Below, piece after piece: positions 49,665-58,832 of a stretch of DNA of 64,000 nt. The stretch's first letter is position 1; each line of letters opens with the position of its first letter. The notes beneath the pieces were generated by a model. The model worked only from the letters and a program-made list of their open reading frames with translations. It made no database searches and was not told the DNA's origin. The DNA comes from SAR86 cluster bacterium SAR86E (GTDB lineage Bacteria > Pseudomonadota > Gammaproteobacteria > Magnimaribacterales > D2472): assembly GCA_000307935.1 (NCBI GenBank), contig AMWX01000001.1:244041-308040 (forward strand), read 5' to 3'. A program made the position numbers and the translations under genes.

Positions 49665-50250
49665 CTTTATACCAAAATTCCTACCCACCCTTACAGTCTC
49701 ATCTGTAACAGAAGCAAATATAATTTGCAAAATCCTCAATGCAACGGATATAAATTTTATTGAAATTACACTGAGATCCTCAGTTTCTTATGAAGCAATA
49801 GAAATAATTGCACAAAACAAAGATATAAATTTAGGCTTGGGAACCGTTCTTAATATTAACCAATTAAAAAAAATAGATCATATAAAACCCAAATTTATTG
49901 TTTCGCCTGGATTTAGCGAGAAGATTGCTAGTTATGCAGTTAAACGTGGTATTGATTACATACCTGGTGTTGAATCAGCAACTGAAATCATGAAAGCCTA
50001 TGATCATGGTTATAAACTATTAAAATTTTTCCCATCTGAGCTTTCAGGTGGAATCAAAAAATTACAGTCGTTGTATGAAATTTTTCCTGAGATTAAATTC
50101 TTATGTACAGGTGGAATTAACCTATCTAACTATGTTGATTACACCAAAATTAAAAATGTAGGCTCATTAGGAGGGTCATTTGTACTGCCAAAAAATTTAG
50201 TCGATGAACAAAAAATAGAACAGGCCATTAACCACCTTAATAAATTATAG
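49657..50250 (+). CDS. eda: KDPG / KHG aldolase
   Basis: FIEITLRS and the Schiff-base lysine context LKFFPSE. The ATG at 49657 is preferred over 49639 (8-nt overlap with edd). Confidence 0.85.
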   Translation: MNNFIPKFLPTLTVSSVTEANIICKILNATDINFIEITLRSSVSYEAIEIIAQNKDINLGLGTVLNINQLKKIDHIKPKFIVSPGFSEKIASYAVKRGIDYIPGVESATEIMKAYDHGYKLLKFFPSELSGGIKKLQSLYEIFPEIKFLCTGGINLSNYVDYTKIKNVGSLGGSFVLPKNLVDEQKIEQAINHLNKL

Positions 50251-50266
50251 GCAAAAAAAAATAGGC

Positions 50267-50486
50267 AAAAAAAAACAGAGCTAGGCTCTGTCTTTTCAGT
50301 TCGAGATTGGAAGGGGTCTAAAGTGAGAATCTCTTTAGCTCCTTGAAGGCTTTCTCTTTCCTTCTTGGTGGGTTACTAAGCTCTTTTTTATCGTCGACTC
50401 TTAGTATCGCTTTCGCCCTTCGTCTCTACCTTCTCTTTCTCTCTTACTCCCGTCTGCAGTTGTTTGTAAGTCGGTCCGAGTTGGTC
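50267..50486 (-). ncRNA. Candidate orphan small RNA (about 220 nt, purine-rich), family not recognised
   Basis: It is bounded by a near-consensus sigma70 promoter and a strong terminator on the minus strand. It has no ATG and no ORF. Its composition is clearly less AT-rich than the flanks and is strongly A/G-biased. Local hairpins and repeated AAGAG motifs are present. Confidence 0.5.
50275..50291. terminator. Bidirectional hairpin terminator, much stronger on the minus strand
   Basis: ACAGAGC-tag-GCTCTGT. On the minus strand it is followed by nine T; on the plus strand by CTTTT. Confidence 0.75.
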
Positions 50487-50491
50487 TATTA

Positions 50492-50519
50492 AATATACGC
50501 CTTTAGGAAATAGAGTCAA
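50492..50519 (-). promoter_or_regulatory. Sigma70-type promoter for the orphan transcript
   Basis: On the minus strand: TTGACT (50519-50514), a 16-nt spacer, TATATT (50497-50492). An A/T-rich tract lies just upstream. Confidence 0.55.
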
Positions 50520-50542
50520 CAGCTTTTATTAAAAAAGTTTAA

Positions 50543-52588
50543 TTAATTTTCTATATTCCAATTCTTTTGATAAAAATCTGCTAAAACATAAAAAGCTTCT
50601 TTTTTATTACCATTTTCATCCATCAAACCCTTTCTATTGTAAAAGTCTTGAATACCTGAAAGCGGTCTCAACATTGCTCTAAAATCTTTAAGAATCCATG
50701 GACTAATTCCTCTAATTTGCGGGTTATTTGCAAGCATCTCTAGTTGATATTTATACAATTTTGCTTGGTAATTCTCAGACCAAATTTTTTCAGTAGTATT
50801 TCCATATTGAGCTCCAGCACCAAATTCGGAAATATGTATGGGTTTTTCATAAGCAGAGCTTAATTTTATATTTGGCATTATTTCAAACATCAGCTTCCTC
50901 AGAGTTGCCTCTGAAATTTTTATTTGTTCAGAAAAAAATGTAACGTAGTACCAACCAAAATATTCATTGTATGAAATTAGATCTATGTTCTCGCCTAATG
51001 GATCATCAATCGAAATTGAAAAGTTCATTTTTGTATCAAAGGGGATCTTTGCTTGATTTAAAATTGACTCAAAAATAATTCTTTCTTGATCAGTTACCCA
51101 CATAGATCTTGCTCCCTGAAGTGCTAAGGTGATAATGAGCGATTGAAATTGCTCTTCACTGCCGGAAAGTAGTGCTGCTGTAGTCAAACGCGAGTTATCA
51201 TTAGTATGAATTTCAGCTAACAAGGATTTTAGAAAATCCATCCGATCAGATGAGAATGGAGTTTCATTCGCAACAGACCAGACGACTACGGATGCCCTAT
51301 TCTGATCTCGTTGAACCAGTCTAGTAATTTGATTTTTTGCAATCTGAAGTGTCTCAGGATTCTTCCAATCTATATTCCAGTAAACTGGGACCTCTTCCCA
51401 AAGCATTAACCCCATCTTATCTGCAAGCTTTGCTAATTGCCGAGTATATGGATAATGCGCAGCTCGAATAAAATTACTATTTAAATCTTTTGCTGCGGTA
51501 AGCAGTTTTTTGAAATGTTCCTCAGAAAAAGCAGGGCCAGGTATTCCAATAGGTTCAGAATGCATGGAGATACCACTAAATTTAATCTCCGCATCGTTAA
51601 GAAATATCTTTTTACCCTCAGTTTTTATAGAACGAAATCCTATGTCATCACTAATTTTTTCCGTATCAGAGATGATCTCAACCTTGTAAAGCTTGGGATT
51701 AGCGGGGGACCATAGTTCAGGAGAAATATTAAGATATTCCTCAATTTCACCTTCAGCATTCGTTTGATATTCTTTTTGAAATTTAAGCTCTGGAATCTTA
51801 ATAGTAACCTTGCGGTCACTTAATTTTTTACTCATTTGCAACTTAAAGGAAGCTTGAGAATGATTATCTTTATCAAGTTGTATGTATGCATTTCTGATGA
51901 AATCGCTTGGTGTCTCTAATATGTATACATCACCAACTATGCCTCCCCATGGCCACCAATCTGTTTTTTGAGTTGGAACTGACGATTGGTCTAACGAATT
52001 GTCAGTTTGGATTATTAGTGTATTTTCACCATCTGTAAGATAACTTGAAATATCAAAATTAAATGGTACGTATCCCCCCTTAAATTCGCCAACTATAGAA
52101 CCATTAAGAAATATTTTGGTAGTGAAGTTACTGCCCTCTATATAAAGATGGGTTAATGTATCTGTTTTAGGTGTGTGTATGAACTTTTTGTAAAGCCATA
52201 CAGGGCCCCTATAGAAAAGCAATCTTTCGTCTTGCGCATTCCAGGCTCCCGGAATTTTAATTTTCTCTGCAGCTTCAAAATTATATTCTATTAACTCCAT
52301 ACCAGTTTTTTGAATCTTATTTTTTGGAAAGCCACCAAAAAAAGAAGATTCAGGTAGCCCATTGTTCATTGGGTCAATAATGTAAGTCCATTCACCATTC
52401 AGTGATATTATTTGCCTTGAATCTATCCAACCAATTAAGTTTTCTGGAGAGGGGTAGTTAGGAGGCTTACGATCAAAAAAACTATTTGCATCTGATGTTT
52501 CTTCAGAAAATATAGTAAATGAAGCAAATAAAGCGAGGGTTAAAAGAGCTTTCGTGGCATTCGTTTTTTTAAGCTTAATCAAGAACAA
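50543..52588 (-). CDS. Glycoside hydrolase family 2 protein (beta-glucuronidase/beta-galactosidase-like), secreted
   Basis: Signal peptide. GH2 TIM-barrel region NFIRAAHYPY and the acid/base motif WSVANE. Confidence 0.8.
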   Translation of the reverse strand: MFLIKLKKTNATKALLTLALFASFTIFSEETSDANSFFDRKPPNYPSPENLIGWIDSRQIISLNGEWTYIIDPMNNGLPESSFFGGFPKNKIQKTGMELIEYNFEAAEKIKIPGAWNAQDERLLFYRGPVWLYKKFIHTPKTDTLTHLYIEGSNFTTKIFLNGSIVGEFKGGYVPFNFDISSYLTDGENTLIIQTDNSLDQSSVPTQKTDWWPWGGIVGDVYILETPSDFIRNAYIQLDKDNHSQASFKLQMSKKLSDRKVTIKIPELKFQKEYQTNAEGEIEEYLNISPELWSPANPKLYKVEIISDTEKISDDIGFRSIKTEGKKIFLNDAEIKFSGISMHSEPIGIPGPAFSEEHFKKLLTAAKDLNSNFIRAAHYPYTRQLAKLADKMGLMLWEEVPVYWNIDWKNPETLQIAKNQITRLVQRDQNRASVVVWSVANETPFSSDRMDFLKSLLAEIHTNDNSRLTTAALLSGSEEQFQSLIITLALQGARSMWVTDQERIIFESILNQAKIPFDTKMNFSISIDDPLGENIDLISYNEYFGWYYVTFFSEQIKISEATLRKLMFEIMPNIKLSSAYEKPIHISEFGAGAQYGNTTEKIWSENYQAKLYKYQLEMLANNPQIRGISPWILKDFRAMLRPLSGIQDFYNRKGLMDENGNKKEAFYVLADFYQKNWNIEN

Positions 52589-53936
52589 ATTTACTAACTA
52601 TTTGATAAAGGTCTTCTGTGCCTTGGATATAACTAGAGACTTTGACTCTTTCATTATTTCCATGAACACCAGAAAAATCTTCTGGATTAAATATAATTGG
52701 GTTGAATCCATAACTATCTATACCGAGCTCTCTAGTAAAATGACTGTCTGTAAAGCCGGTGCTGACTGCAGGAGCAACTCTTGAGCCAGGATGCATTCTT
52801 GAAGTGATAGATTTAATATGTTGAAAGAAATCTGATTTAGTCGATGATACGGCTGGTGCAAATGCTAATACCAGATCAACCGTGACGCCTGCTGGTTCAA
52901 TTAAATTTTTAAAATCTTCTATAAATTCCTCCGCTGATCTGTCTGGAAGCATTCTGCAATCAACTTCTGCTATAGCAACTGGTGGCACAACATTAATTTT
53001 TTGAGAGCCTTGAAGCATTGTCAACGAACATGTATCTCTTGTTAAAGCATGATAAGTAGGTGAGAAAGCTTGAAGCTGCTCTAAAAAACCATCTTCATTA
53101 ATGGCATTTTTTATATCTGAAAAAGATTGTGCATTTTTGCCGGTCATATTCAAAGCCAAGCTTTTAAAATAAGCATCTACTGCAGGAATAATTCTTGCTG
53201 GAAATGGATTCTCCCGAACTAAATTCAAGGCATGGATAATTCTTGTGACTGAGCTTGTAGCCCTCGGAGATGAGCCATGTCCTGGTTCATCTGTTGCAGT
53301 TAATCTTAACCACACAGGTACTTTTTGCGTAACCTCAATAGAAAATACTGTTTCGTCACCGATCCTGACACCGCTTCCGCCCTCATTGATAACAAAACCA
53401 GCACCTTCGAAAACTTCTGGATGATTTTTAATCATCCAACCAGCACCATACAGACCACCTGCCTCTTCATCTGCAGTTGCCAAAAAAACCAAGTCTCTGT
53501 TTAGTTTTTTATTTTCTCTATGTAATTTTAAAAATGAAATGAGGTGAGAAATACCAGCGCCCTTCATATCGATTACGCCCCTTCCATAAAGATAGCCATC
53601 TTTTATTTCGGCTACCATTGGATCGGTATCCCAATAATCTTTTGATGCTGGAACAACATCCGTGTGCTGAAGTAGTATCAAGGCTGGTTCATTTCCACCC
53701 TCAATTCTAGCCCAAATATTTCCCCGACCAGGTGCACTTTCTGCAGTAGAAAATTCTACTCCCTCTTGTTCAAATATTTTGGCATAGAAATCTACTGCTC
53801 TTGACTCATTGCCTGGAGGATTAATTGTATTCACTGCAACAAAGTCTGAAAGCAAGTCAACCGGATCAAGTGAGTCAGCTAAAATTGATGTACTAGAAAG
53901 AATTAATAAAGTTGCAAGTAATTTTCTTTTTTTCAT
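52575..53936 (-). CDS. M20-family metallopeptidase (ArgE/DapE/CPG2-like), secreted
   Basis: Signal peptide. Motifs LLQHTDVVP, GRGVIDMKG and ADEEAGG. Confidence 0.8.
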   Translation of the reverse strand: MKKRKLLATLLILSSTSILADSLDPVDLLSDFVAVNTINPPGNESRAVDFYAKIFEQEGVEFSTAESAPGRGNIWARIEGGNEPALILLQHTDVVPASKDYWDTDPMVAEIKDGYLYGRGVIDMKGAGISHLISFLKLHRENKKLNRDLVFLATADEEAGGLYGAGWMIKNHPEVFEGAGFVINEGGSGVRIGDETVFSIEVTQKVPVWLRLTATDEPGHGSSPRATSSVTRIIHALNLVRENPFPARIIPAVDAYFKSLALNMTGKNAQSFSDIKNAINEDGFLEQLQAFSPTYHALTRDTCSLTMLQGSQKINVVPPVAIAEVDCRMLPDRSAEEFIEDFKNLIEPAGVTVDLVLAFAPAVSSTKSDFFQHIKSITSRMHPGSRVAPAVSTGFTDSHFTRELGIDSYGFNPIIFNPEDFSGVHGNNERVKVSSYIQGTEDLYQIVSKFVLD

Positions 53937-54226
53937 TGGTTGATGCCTTCAACTAACACAACATGGCGATTAGAAGAATTCGACGAGTACTGAAGTGCTC
54001 GCTGATACTCATCTGAGTCATAACAAATTTTTGCTTCATTCATTGAATTAAATTCTACTAAAACTGTTCTTTCATAGGGCCCACCTTCTAGTTCAATTTG
54101 ATCTCCACCACGAACCAAAAAGGTACCACCATGTTTTTGAATTGCTGGACCGGCTAACTTAATATATTCCTCATACTCAACAGTATTGTGCACATGACAT
54201 CTTGTAATCCAGTATGCCTTCATCAA
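53933..54226 (-). CDS. DUF1330 domain protein
   Basis: 97 aa. [13 protein letters not shown]...[24 protein letters not shown]...VLVEF fits my memory of DUF1330. Confidence 0.7.
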   Translation of the reverse strand: MMKAYWITRCHVHNTVEYEEYIKLAGPAIQKHGGTFLVRGGDQIELEGGPYERTVLVEFNSMNEAKICYDSDEYQRALQYSSNSSNRHVVLVEGINQ

Positions 54227-56391
54227 GCTTTAAACCTTAATCTCATTTCGTGCAAGATTGGCTCGGTGTAACCGCTAGGCTGAACCCGTCCTTTAATAGC
54301 TAGGTCACATGCCGCCTTAAATGCTAAACCGTCATAAGAAGGGCCCATTGGCAAATATCCAGGATCACCAGAATTTTGTTGATCTACAATCAGGGCCATT
54401 CGCTTCATAGTTTCAACCACCTGCTCTTCAGAGCAAACAGAGTGATGTAACCAATTTGCAATATGCTGACTTGAAATTCTACATGTAGCCCTATCTTCCA
54501 TAAGACCTACATTATTGATGTCAGGGACTTTTGAGCAACCAACCCCTTGATCAACCCATCTGACTACATATCCAAGAATACCTTGAGCATTATTATCAAG
54601 CTCTCTTTGAATATCCGCAGCAGATAAGTGGTCAATATTATCCATGACAGGAATTGTTAAAATATCATCAAGGCTTGCTTTAGGTCTCTCAATTAATTTT
54701 TTTTGCTCATCAGATACCAAAATTTGGTGATAATGCATTACATGAAGTGTCGCTCCAGTGGGAGATGGAACCCAAGCGCAATTTGCTCCTGCTTTAGGGT
54801 GCATAGTTTTAGTTTTGTACATATTCAGCATCTCATCTGGCATGGGCCACATACCTTTGCCTATTTGCGCATTCCCTCTAAATCCAGACTCTAGCCCAGA
54901 ATCCACATTCCAGTCTTCGTATGCAAGAATCCAAGGTTGCTGCTTCATGTCTGCCTTTGGAATCATAGGGCCAGCTTCCATGCTAGTGTGGATTTCATCT
55001 CCAGTCCTATCAAGAAAACCTGTATTAATAAAAATTACTCTCTCTTTGGCAACTCGTATACATTCTTTAAGATTGACGGTTGTTCTCCTTTCTTCATCCA
55101 TAATACCTACCTTTACAGTAAGTTGATCTAGGTTTAACGAGCGTTCAACCGCTGAAAATAAATCACATGTAAACTGAACTTCATCAGGTCCATGCATTTT
55201 TGGTTTCACAATATAGATACTTCCTGAGCGGGAATTTTTTACATTACTATTTCCGTTGAGATCATGGATGGCAATACAAATGGTGAACATAGCATCAAGG
55301 ATCCCCTCTGGTACTTCGTTACCAGATCGATCAAGGATAGCTGGATTAGTCATTAAATGGCCAACATTCCTTACAAGCATAAGACTTCTGCCTGATAGCT
55401 CAAAACTTGAGCCATCTGGAGAGGTGTATTCTCTGTCAGGATTAAGGGTTCTAGTCATTTCTTTACCACCTTTCAAAAAGGTTTCTTGCAAGTCCCCTTT
55501 CATCAGCCCTAACCAATTTCTGTATACAGTCACTTTATCTTCACCATCAACCGCTGCAACCGAATCTTCACAATCTTGAATAGTTGTGATTGCTGACTCC
55601 AGCAAAACATCCTTAATGCCTGCTGGATCAGTTGCACCAACTGAGTGAGCATGATCAATTTGGATCTCAGCATGAAGATTATTATTTTTTAGCAAAATAC
55701 CTGATGGCATATCAGCATCGCCATAAAAACCTTTAAATTGATGAATATTTTTTAAGCTATCAATATCACCATTCTTAAGCTTTATTACCAATTTACTACC
55801 TTCTATGATGAATGAAGTAACATCCGAAAAACTTGAATTGGTGAGGCTAAAATTTTCATCAAGGAATTCTTTTGCAAAGGCTATTACCTTATCACCACGC
55901 AAAGGATTATATGCGCCTGCTCTTGATGCACCGCCATCTTCAGGAATCATATCAGTTCCATATAGAGCATCATAAAGACTTCCCCATCTTGCATTGGCTG
56001 CATTGAGTGCAAACCGAGCATTCATTACCGGCACAACCAGCTGAGGACCTGCGATTGATGAGATTTCAGGATCAACATTTTTTGTCGTAATTTTAAAATC
56101 ATCACCCTCTTCTAACAAATAGCCAATTTCATTCAAGAATTTTTTATAAGTACTGAGATTTTTTTCTTTGCCTGAATTAGTTAAATGCCATTCATCAATT
56201 TGCTGTTGCATTAACTCTCTGGTTTCAAGCAATGCTTTGTTTTTGGGACCAAATTCATCAATGATATTTTCAAGGCTGCTCCAAAAATGCTCCTCTGTAA
56301 TATCCAAGCCTGGTAAAACTTCTAATCTAAGAAATGATTCAAGGTCAGTTGAAACTGACAATGAACCTTTTGTAATGTATTTGTCTTTCAC
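54223..56391 (-). CDS. glcB: Malate synthase G
   Basis: 722 aa, the typical length and sequence character of GlcB (for example [29 protein letters not shown]). Confidence 0.9.
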   Translation of the reverse strand: MKDKYITKGSLSVSTDLESFLRLEVLPGLDITEEHFWSSLENIIDEFGPKNKALLETRELMQQQIDEWHLTNSGKEKNLSTYKKFLNEIGYLLEEGDDFKITTKNVDPEISSIAGPQLVVPVMNARFALNAANARWGSLYDALYGTDMIPEDGGASRAGAYNPLRGDKVIAFAKEFLDENFSLTNSSFSDVTSFIIEGSKLVIKLKNGDIDSLKNIHQFKGFYGDADMPSGILLKNNNLHAEIQIDHAHSVGATDPAGIKDVLLESAITTIQDCEDSVAAVDGEDKVTVYRNWLGLMKGDLQETFLKGGKEMTRTLNPDREYTSPDGSSFELSGRSLMLVRNVGHLMTNPAILDRSGNEVPEGILDAMFTICIAIHDLNGNSNVKNSRSGSIYIVKPKMHGPDEVQFTCDLFSAVERSLNLDQLTVKVGIMDEERRTTVNLKECIRVAKERVIFINTGFLDRTGDEIHTSMEAGPMIPKADMKQQPWILAYEDWNVDSGLESGFRGNAQIGKGMWPMPDEMLNMYKTKTMHPKAGANCAWVPSPTGATLHVMHYHQILVSDEQKKLIERPKASLDDILTIPVMDNIDHLSAADIQRELDNNAQGILGYVVRWVDQGVGCSKVPDINNVGLMEDRATCRISSQHIANWLHHSVCSEEQVVETMKRMALIVDQQNSGDPGYLPMGPSYDGLAFKAACDLAIKGRVQPSGYTEPILHEMRLRFKA

Positions 56392-56519
56392 GTGATACTC
56401 GCTTTTGAAATAAAAATAAAGTTATAGTCTAACAAATAAAAAAGGTAGCTAATAAGAAAGTTTATTCAATCAAATTATAAGTTTTGACACTTCTGTTTAA
56501 GGGGCTAAAATTCATTAAA

Positions 56520-57497
56520 ATGTCTTTTAAAAAAATATCTTTTATTTTTACTTTACCTCTTCTATTAGTTTCATGTGGTGGTGGCGGTTCGTCTGGCGAT
56601 ACTGCTACAGTAAATACAATTAATCCAGCACCAAGCCCATCAGCGATAACAAGCAATCTTACTAATCAAGCCAAAGGAACTATTAATGGAGAAATTATTT
56701 ACAACGAAATTAAACGTGAGTTCATTCTATACATTCCCTCAAGCTACAATAGCAATCAAAAACAGCCGCTCGTTTTCAACTTTCATGGCTATGGTAGCAA
56801 TGCAAATGAGCAAATGAACTATGGAGATTTAAGAGCTCAAGCGGATGCTAATGGATTTGTTTTGGTTCATCCAGAGGCTCTTGATGACATAGCTGGAAAA
56901 AGTTATTGGAATATTGGAGGTTGGTCAGTAAGTCTTCATGATGACATTGAATTTATTGAAAATTTGATAAATCTGATAATGGATAAATATTCAATAAACT
57001 CTGAGCGCATTTATTCAACTGGCATGTCGAATGGCGGATTTTTTAGCTTTCATTTAGCGTGTAACTTACCTGCAAGCTTTGCAGCTGTTGCCTCGGTAAC
57101 TGGCTCAATGTCCTATGAGACTTTTGATTCATGCAATCCCAGAAAGCCTACTCCTGTAATGCAAATTCATGGGTCTCTTGATGTAACCGTTCCATTTGAG
57201 GGGAATGATATTTTAAACATGAAATCAATTATGGATGTTATGGGATATTGGCAAACAAACAATCAATGTGATGAATATCTTCTTTCATTGCCTGGAATTC
57301 TTCCAGGAACAACATCTTGGACCGAAACTTATCTGTATGATAACTGTGCCAGCGGTACTCAAAATATCTTGCACTATGTAATTGGAGCTGGTCATATTTG
57401 GCCAGGGTCAAAATTTGCATCAATACAAGATCCCAATGCAAGCCAGAATATTTGGAATTTTTTTGAACAGTATGACATAAATGGTGTCATACAATAA
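56520..57497 (+). CDS. Lipoprotein esterase (PHB depolymerase/feruloyl esterase-like, COG3509-type)
   Basis: The ATG at 56520 gives a signal peptide with lipobox LLVSC followed by a GGGGSS linker. Nucleophile elbow GMSNGG. Confidence 0.7.
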   Translation: MSFKKISFIFTLPLLLVSCGGGGSSGDTATVNTINPAPSPSAITSNLTNQAKGTINGEIIYNEIKREFILYIPSSYNSNQKQPLVFNFHGYGSNANEQMNYGDLRAQADANGFVLVHPEALDDIAGKSYWNIGGWSVSLHDDIEFIENLINLIMDKYSINSERIYSTGMSNGGFFSFHLACNLPASFAAVASVTGSMSYETFDSCNPRKPTPVMQIHGSLDVTVPFEGNDILNMKSIMDVMGYWQTNNQCDEYLLSLPGILPGTTSWTETYLYDNCASGTQNILHYVIGAGHIWPGSKFASIQDPNASQNIWNFFEQYDINGVIQ

Positions 57498-57522
57498 AAA
57501 AGAGGGCTGAAGCCCTCTTTTT
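57498..57522. terminator. Bidirectional rho-independent terminator between convergent genes
   Basis: AAAAGAGGGC-tgaa-GCCCTCTTTT, flanked by A and T runs. Confidence 0.8.
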
Positions 57523-57547
57523 AAAAATTCTAGAGATTACCTAGAGA

Positions 57548-57985
57548 TTACTTAAATACAACCCTATGTATTACGGCATGGTCAACCATCTTACGGATTT
57601 CTTCGTATCCTTTAGATATCTCTTCTAGCTCTACATCATTATCTCCGTATAGCTTCTTGAGCTCCTTTTCAACACGCTCACTCTTTTCTTGAGTTTGTGC
57701 CATTGAAGCCATATCAGGATACTCAACGGTTAACCAAACATTTGGAGTATCTGCTGAGCTCATTGCTGTCCAAACATTAAAATCCGTAATGTAACCTAAT
57801 TGTTTTTGAACATTCATTGCTCTCACCCAAGTTCTATTGAGGTTTGTTAAATAAGTATCAAGATAATTGGATTGAACTGCAATAACAGTCAGTTCTACTG
57901 GCTCACTAGCAGGAGCATAATCCTTGTAAAGTTCTGCGCTTGCTAAAGTGCTAATTATTAATGGGATAAGTAATAGTTTTTTCAT
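57548..57985 (-). CDS. Small secreted protein of unknown function
   Basis: 145 aa with a signal peptide (MKKLLLIPLIISTLASA). It starts 8 nt downstream of the preceding secreted protein gene. Confidence 0.6.
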   Translation of the reverse strand: MKKLLLIPLIISTLASAELYKDYAPASEPVELTVIAVQSNYLDTYLTNLNRTWVRAMNVQKQLGYITDFNVWTAMSSADTPNVWLTVEYPDMASMAQTQEKSERVEKELKKLYGDNDVELEEISKGYEEIRKMVDHAVIHRVVFK

Positions 57986-57993
57986 AATTTTTC

Positions 57994-58701
57994 CTATGAG
58001 GTTGGGTAGTTGTAAACAGCCATTACAACCATCATGGTTGTTTTTTTAACTTCGCGTTTAACACTTTTAGAGAAAGTAGCAAAAGAGTTACTGTTCATTA
58101 GATTTTTTTGCTCTTCGATAGCTGCTTCTATGTTTGTAGAGCCAGTGTATGCATAATGAGAATAGTAATTATTATTTCCATGTGTATGTGCTCGTAGACC
58201 ATATGATCCAGAAATATTCTCATTTGCTACTTGTGCATCAATAAGCTTTTTCCAAGCAGCTGCATATTTTTTAGGACTTTTAACTGACATATAGTAAGTC
58301 GTATAAACACTGTTATCAGCTTGGTTATTATTACCACCACTAATAAGCTTTCTATTTAATGACTGCTCTACAGGCTCAGATATATCCTGAACATCATTTA
58401 AGAAAGCGCCAAAAGTTGGTGTGTAAAACATTTGAGTTCCTTTGGCCATATCAGCCTCTGAGTCATAACTAATAACAACAGCATGAGTTGCATCATCATA
58501 TCCATTGAATGCAAAGTGACCCAAAGTAACTGTTCCAGGAAAGTTTGTTCCAAAATCTGAGCTCATCAAATTGTTAAATGACTCTGCAAAAGCTGGAACA
58601 TCTGATACTTTAATAGAATAAGAAGCAATATATCCATCTGCTTGCACTGATTGAAATGCCATCATAAAGAGGGCCATTGGAATTAAAAAAAGTTTTTTCA
58701 T
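57994..58701 (-). CDS. Secreted protein of unknown function (two internal repeats of about 100 aa)
   Basis: The ATG at 58701 follows a GGAGAA Shine-Dalgarno sequence and begins a signal peptide (MKKLFLIPMALFMMAFQSVQA). The track's longer start at 58770 is unlikely. Confidence 0.6.
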   Translation of the reverse strand: MKKLFLIPMALFMMAFQSVQADGYIASYSIKVSDVPAFAESFNNLMSSDFGTNFPGTVTLGHFAFNGYDDATHAVVISYDSEADMAKGTQMFYTPTFGAFLNDVQDISEPVEQSLNRKLISGGNNNQADNSVYTTYYMSVKSPKKYAAAWKKLIDAQVANENISGSYGLRAHTHGNNNYYSHYAYTGSTNIEAAIEEQKNLMNSNSFATFSKSVKREVKKTTMMVVMAVYNYPTS

Positions 58702-58793
58702 TTTGTTCTCCAGATTAAAATTTAAAAAATACTTAAATGCTATTGAGAATGATTGTGATTTTTTTGTCAAGGCAAAATGTTTAGCAAATAATA

Positions 58794-58817
58794 AGAAGGC
58801 CCTTAAAAGGGCCTTCT
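58794..58817 (-). terminator. Hairpin (terminator/attenuator) just downstream of the TonB-dependent receptor gene
   Basis: AGAAGGCCC-ttaaaa-GGGCCTTCT. On the minus strand it is followed by UAUUAUUUG. Confidence 0.6.
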
Positions 58818-58832
58818 ATTTAACTTTAATAA

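Noticed and set aside
50251-50275. Direct repeat GGCAAAAAAAA(A) x2 just after eda, considered as a repeat or CRISPR-like element
   Set aside because: It has only two short copies and forms the A/T tract of the bidirectional terminator. No spacer-repeat architecture exists anywhere in the window.
50300-50480. Attempt to assign the C/T-rich (minus-strand purine-rich) region to a known RNA (6S, tmRNA, RNase P, SRP, CsrB/Rsm-type)
   Set aside because: It has no tRNA-like end, no long end-to-end helix with a central bubble, and only about four GGA motifs. None of these assignments could be supported by eye, so it is reported as unclassified.
54703-55579. Several plus-strand ORFs of 63-122 aa inside the malate synthase G gene, plus 56168-56395
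   Set aside because: They lie antisense to a high-confidence 722-aa gene. Their composition is low-complexity and Ser/Leu/Pro-rich, which is typical of shadow ORFs. No motif was seen.
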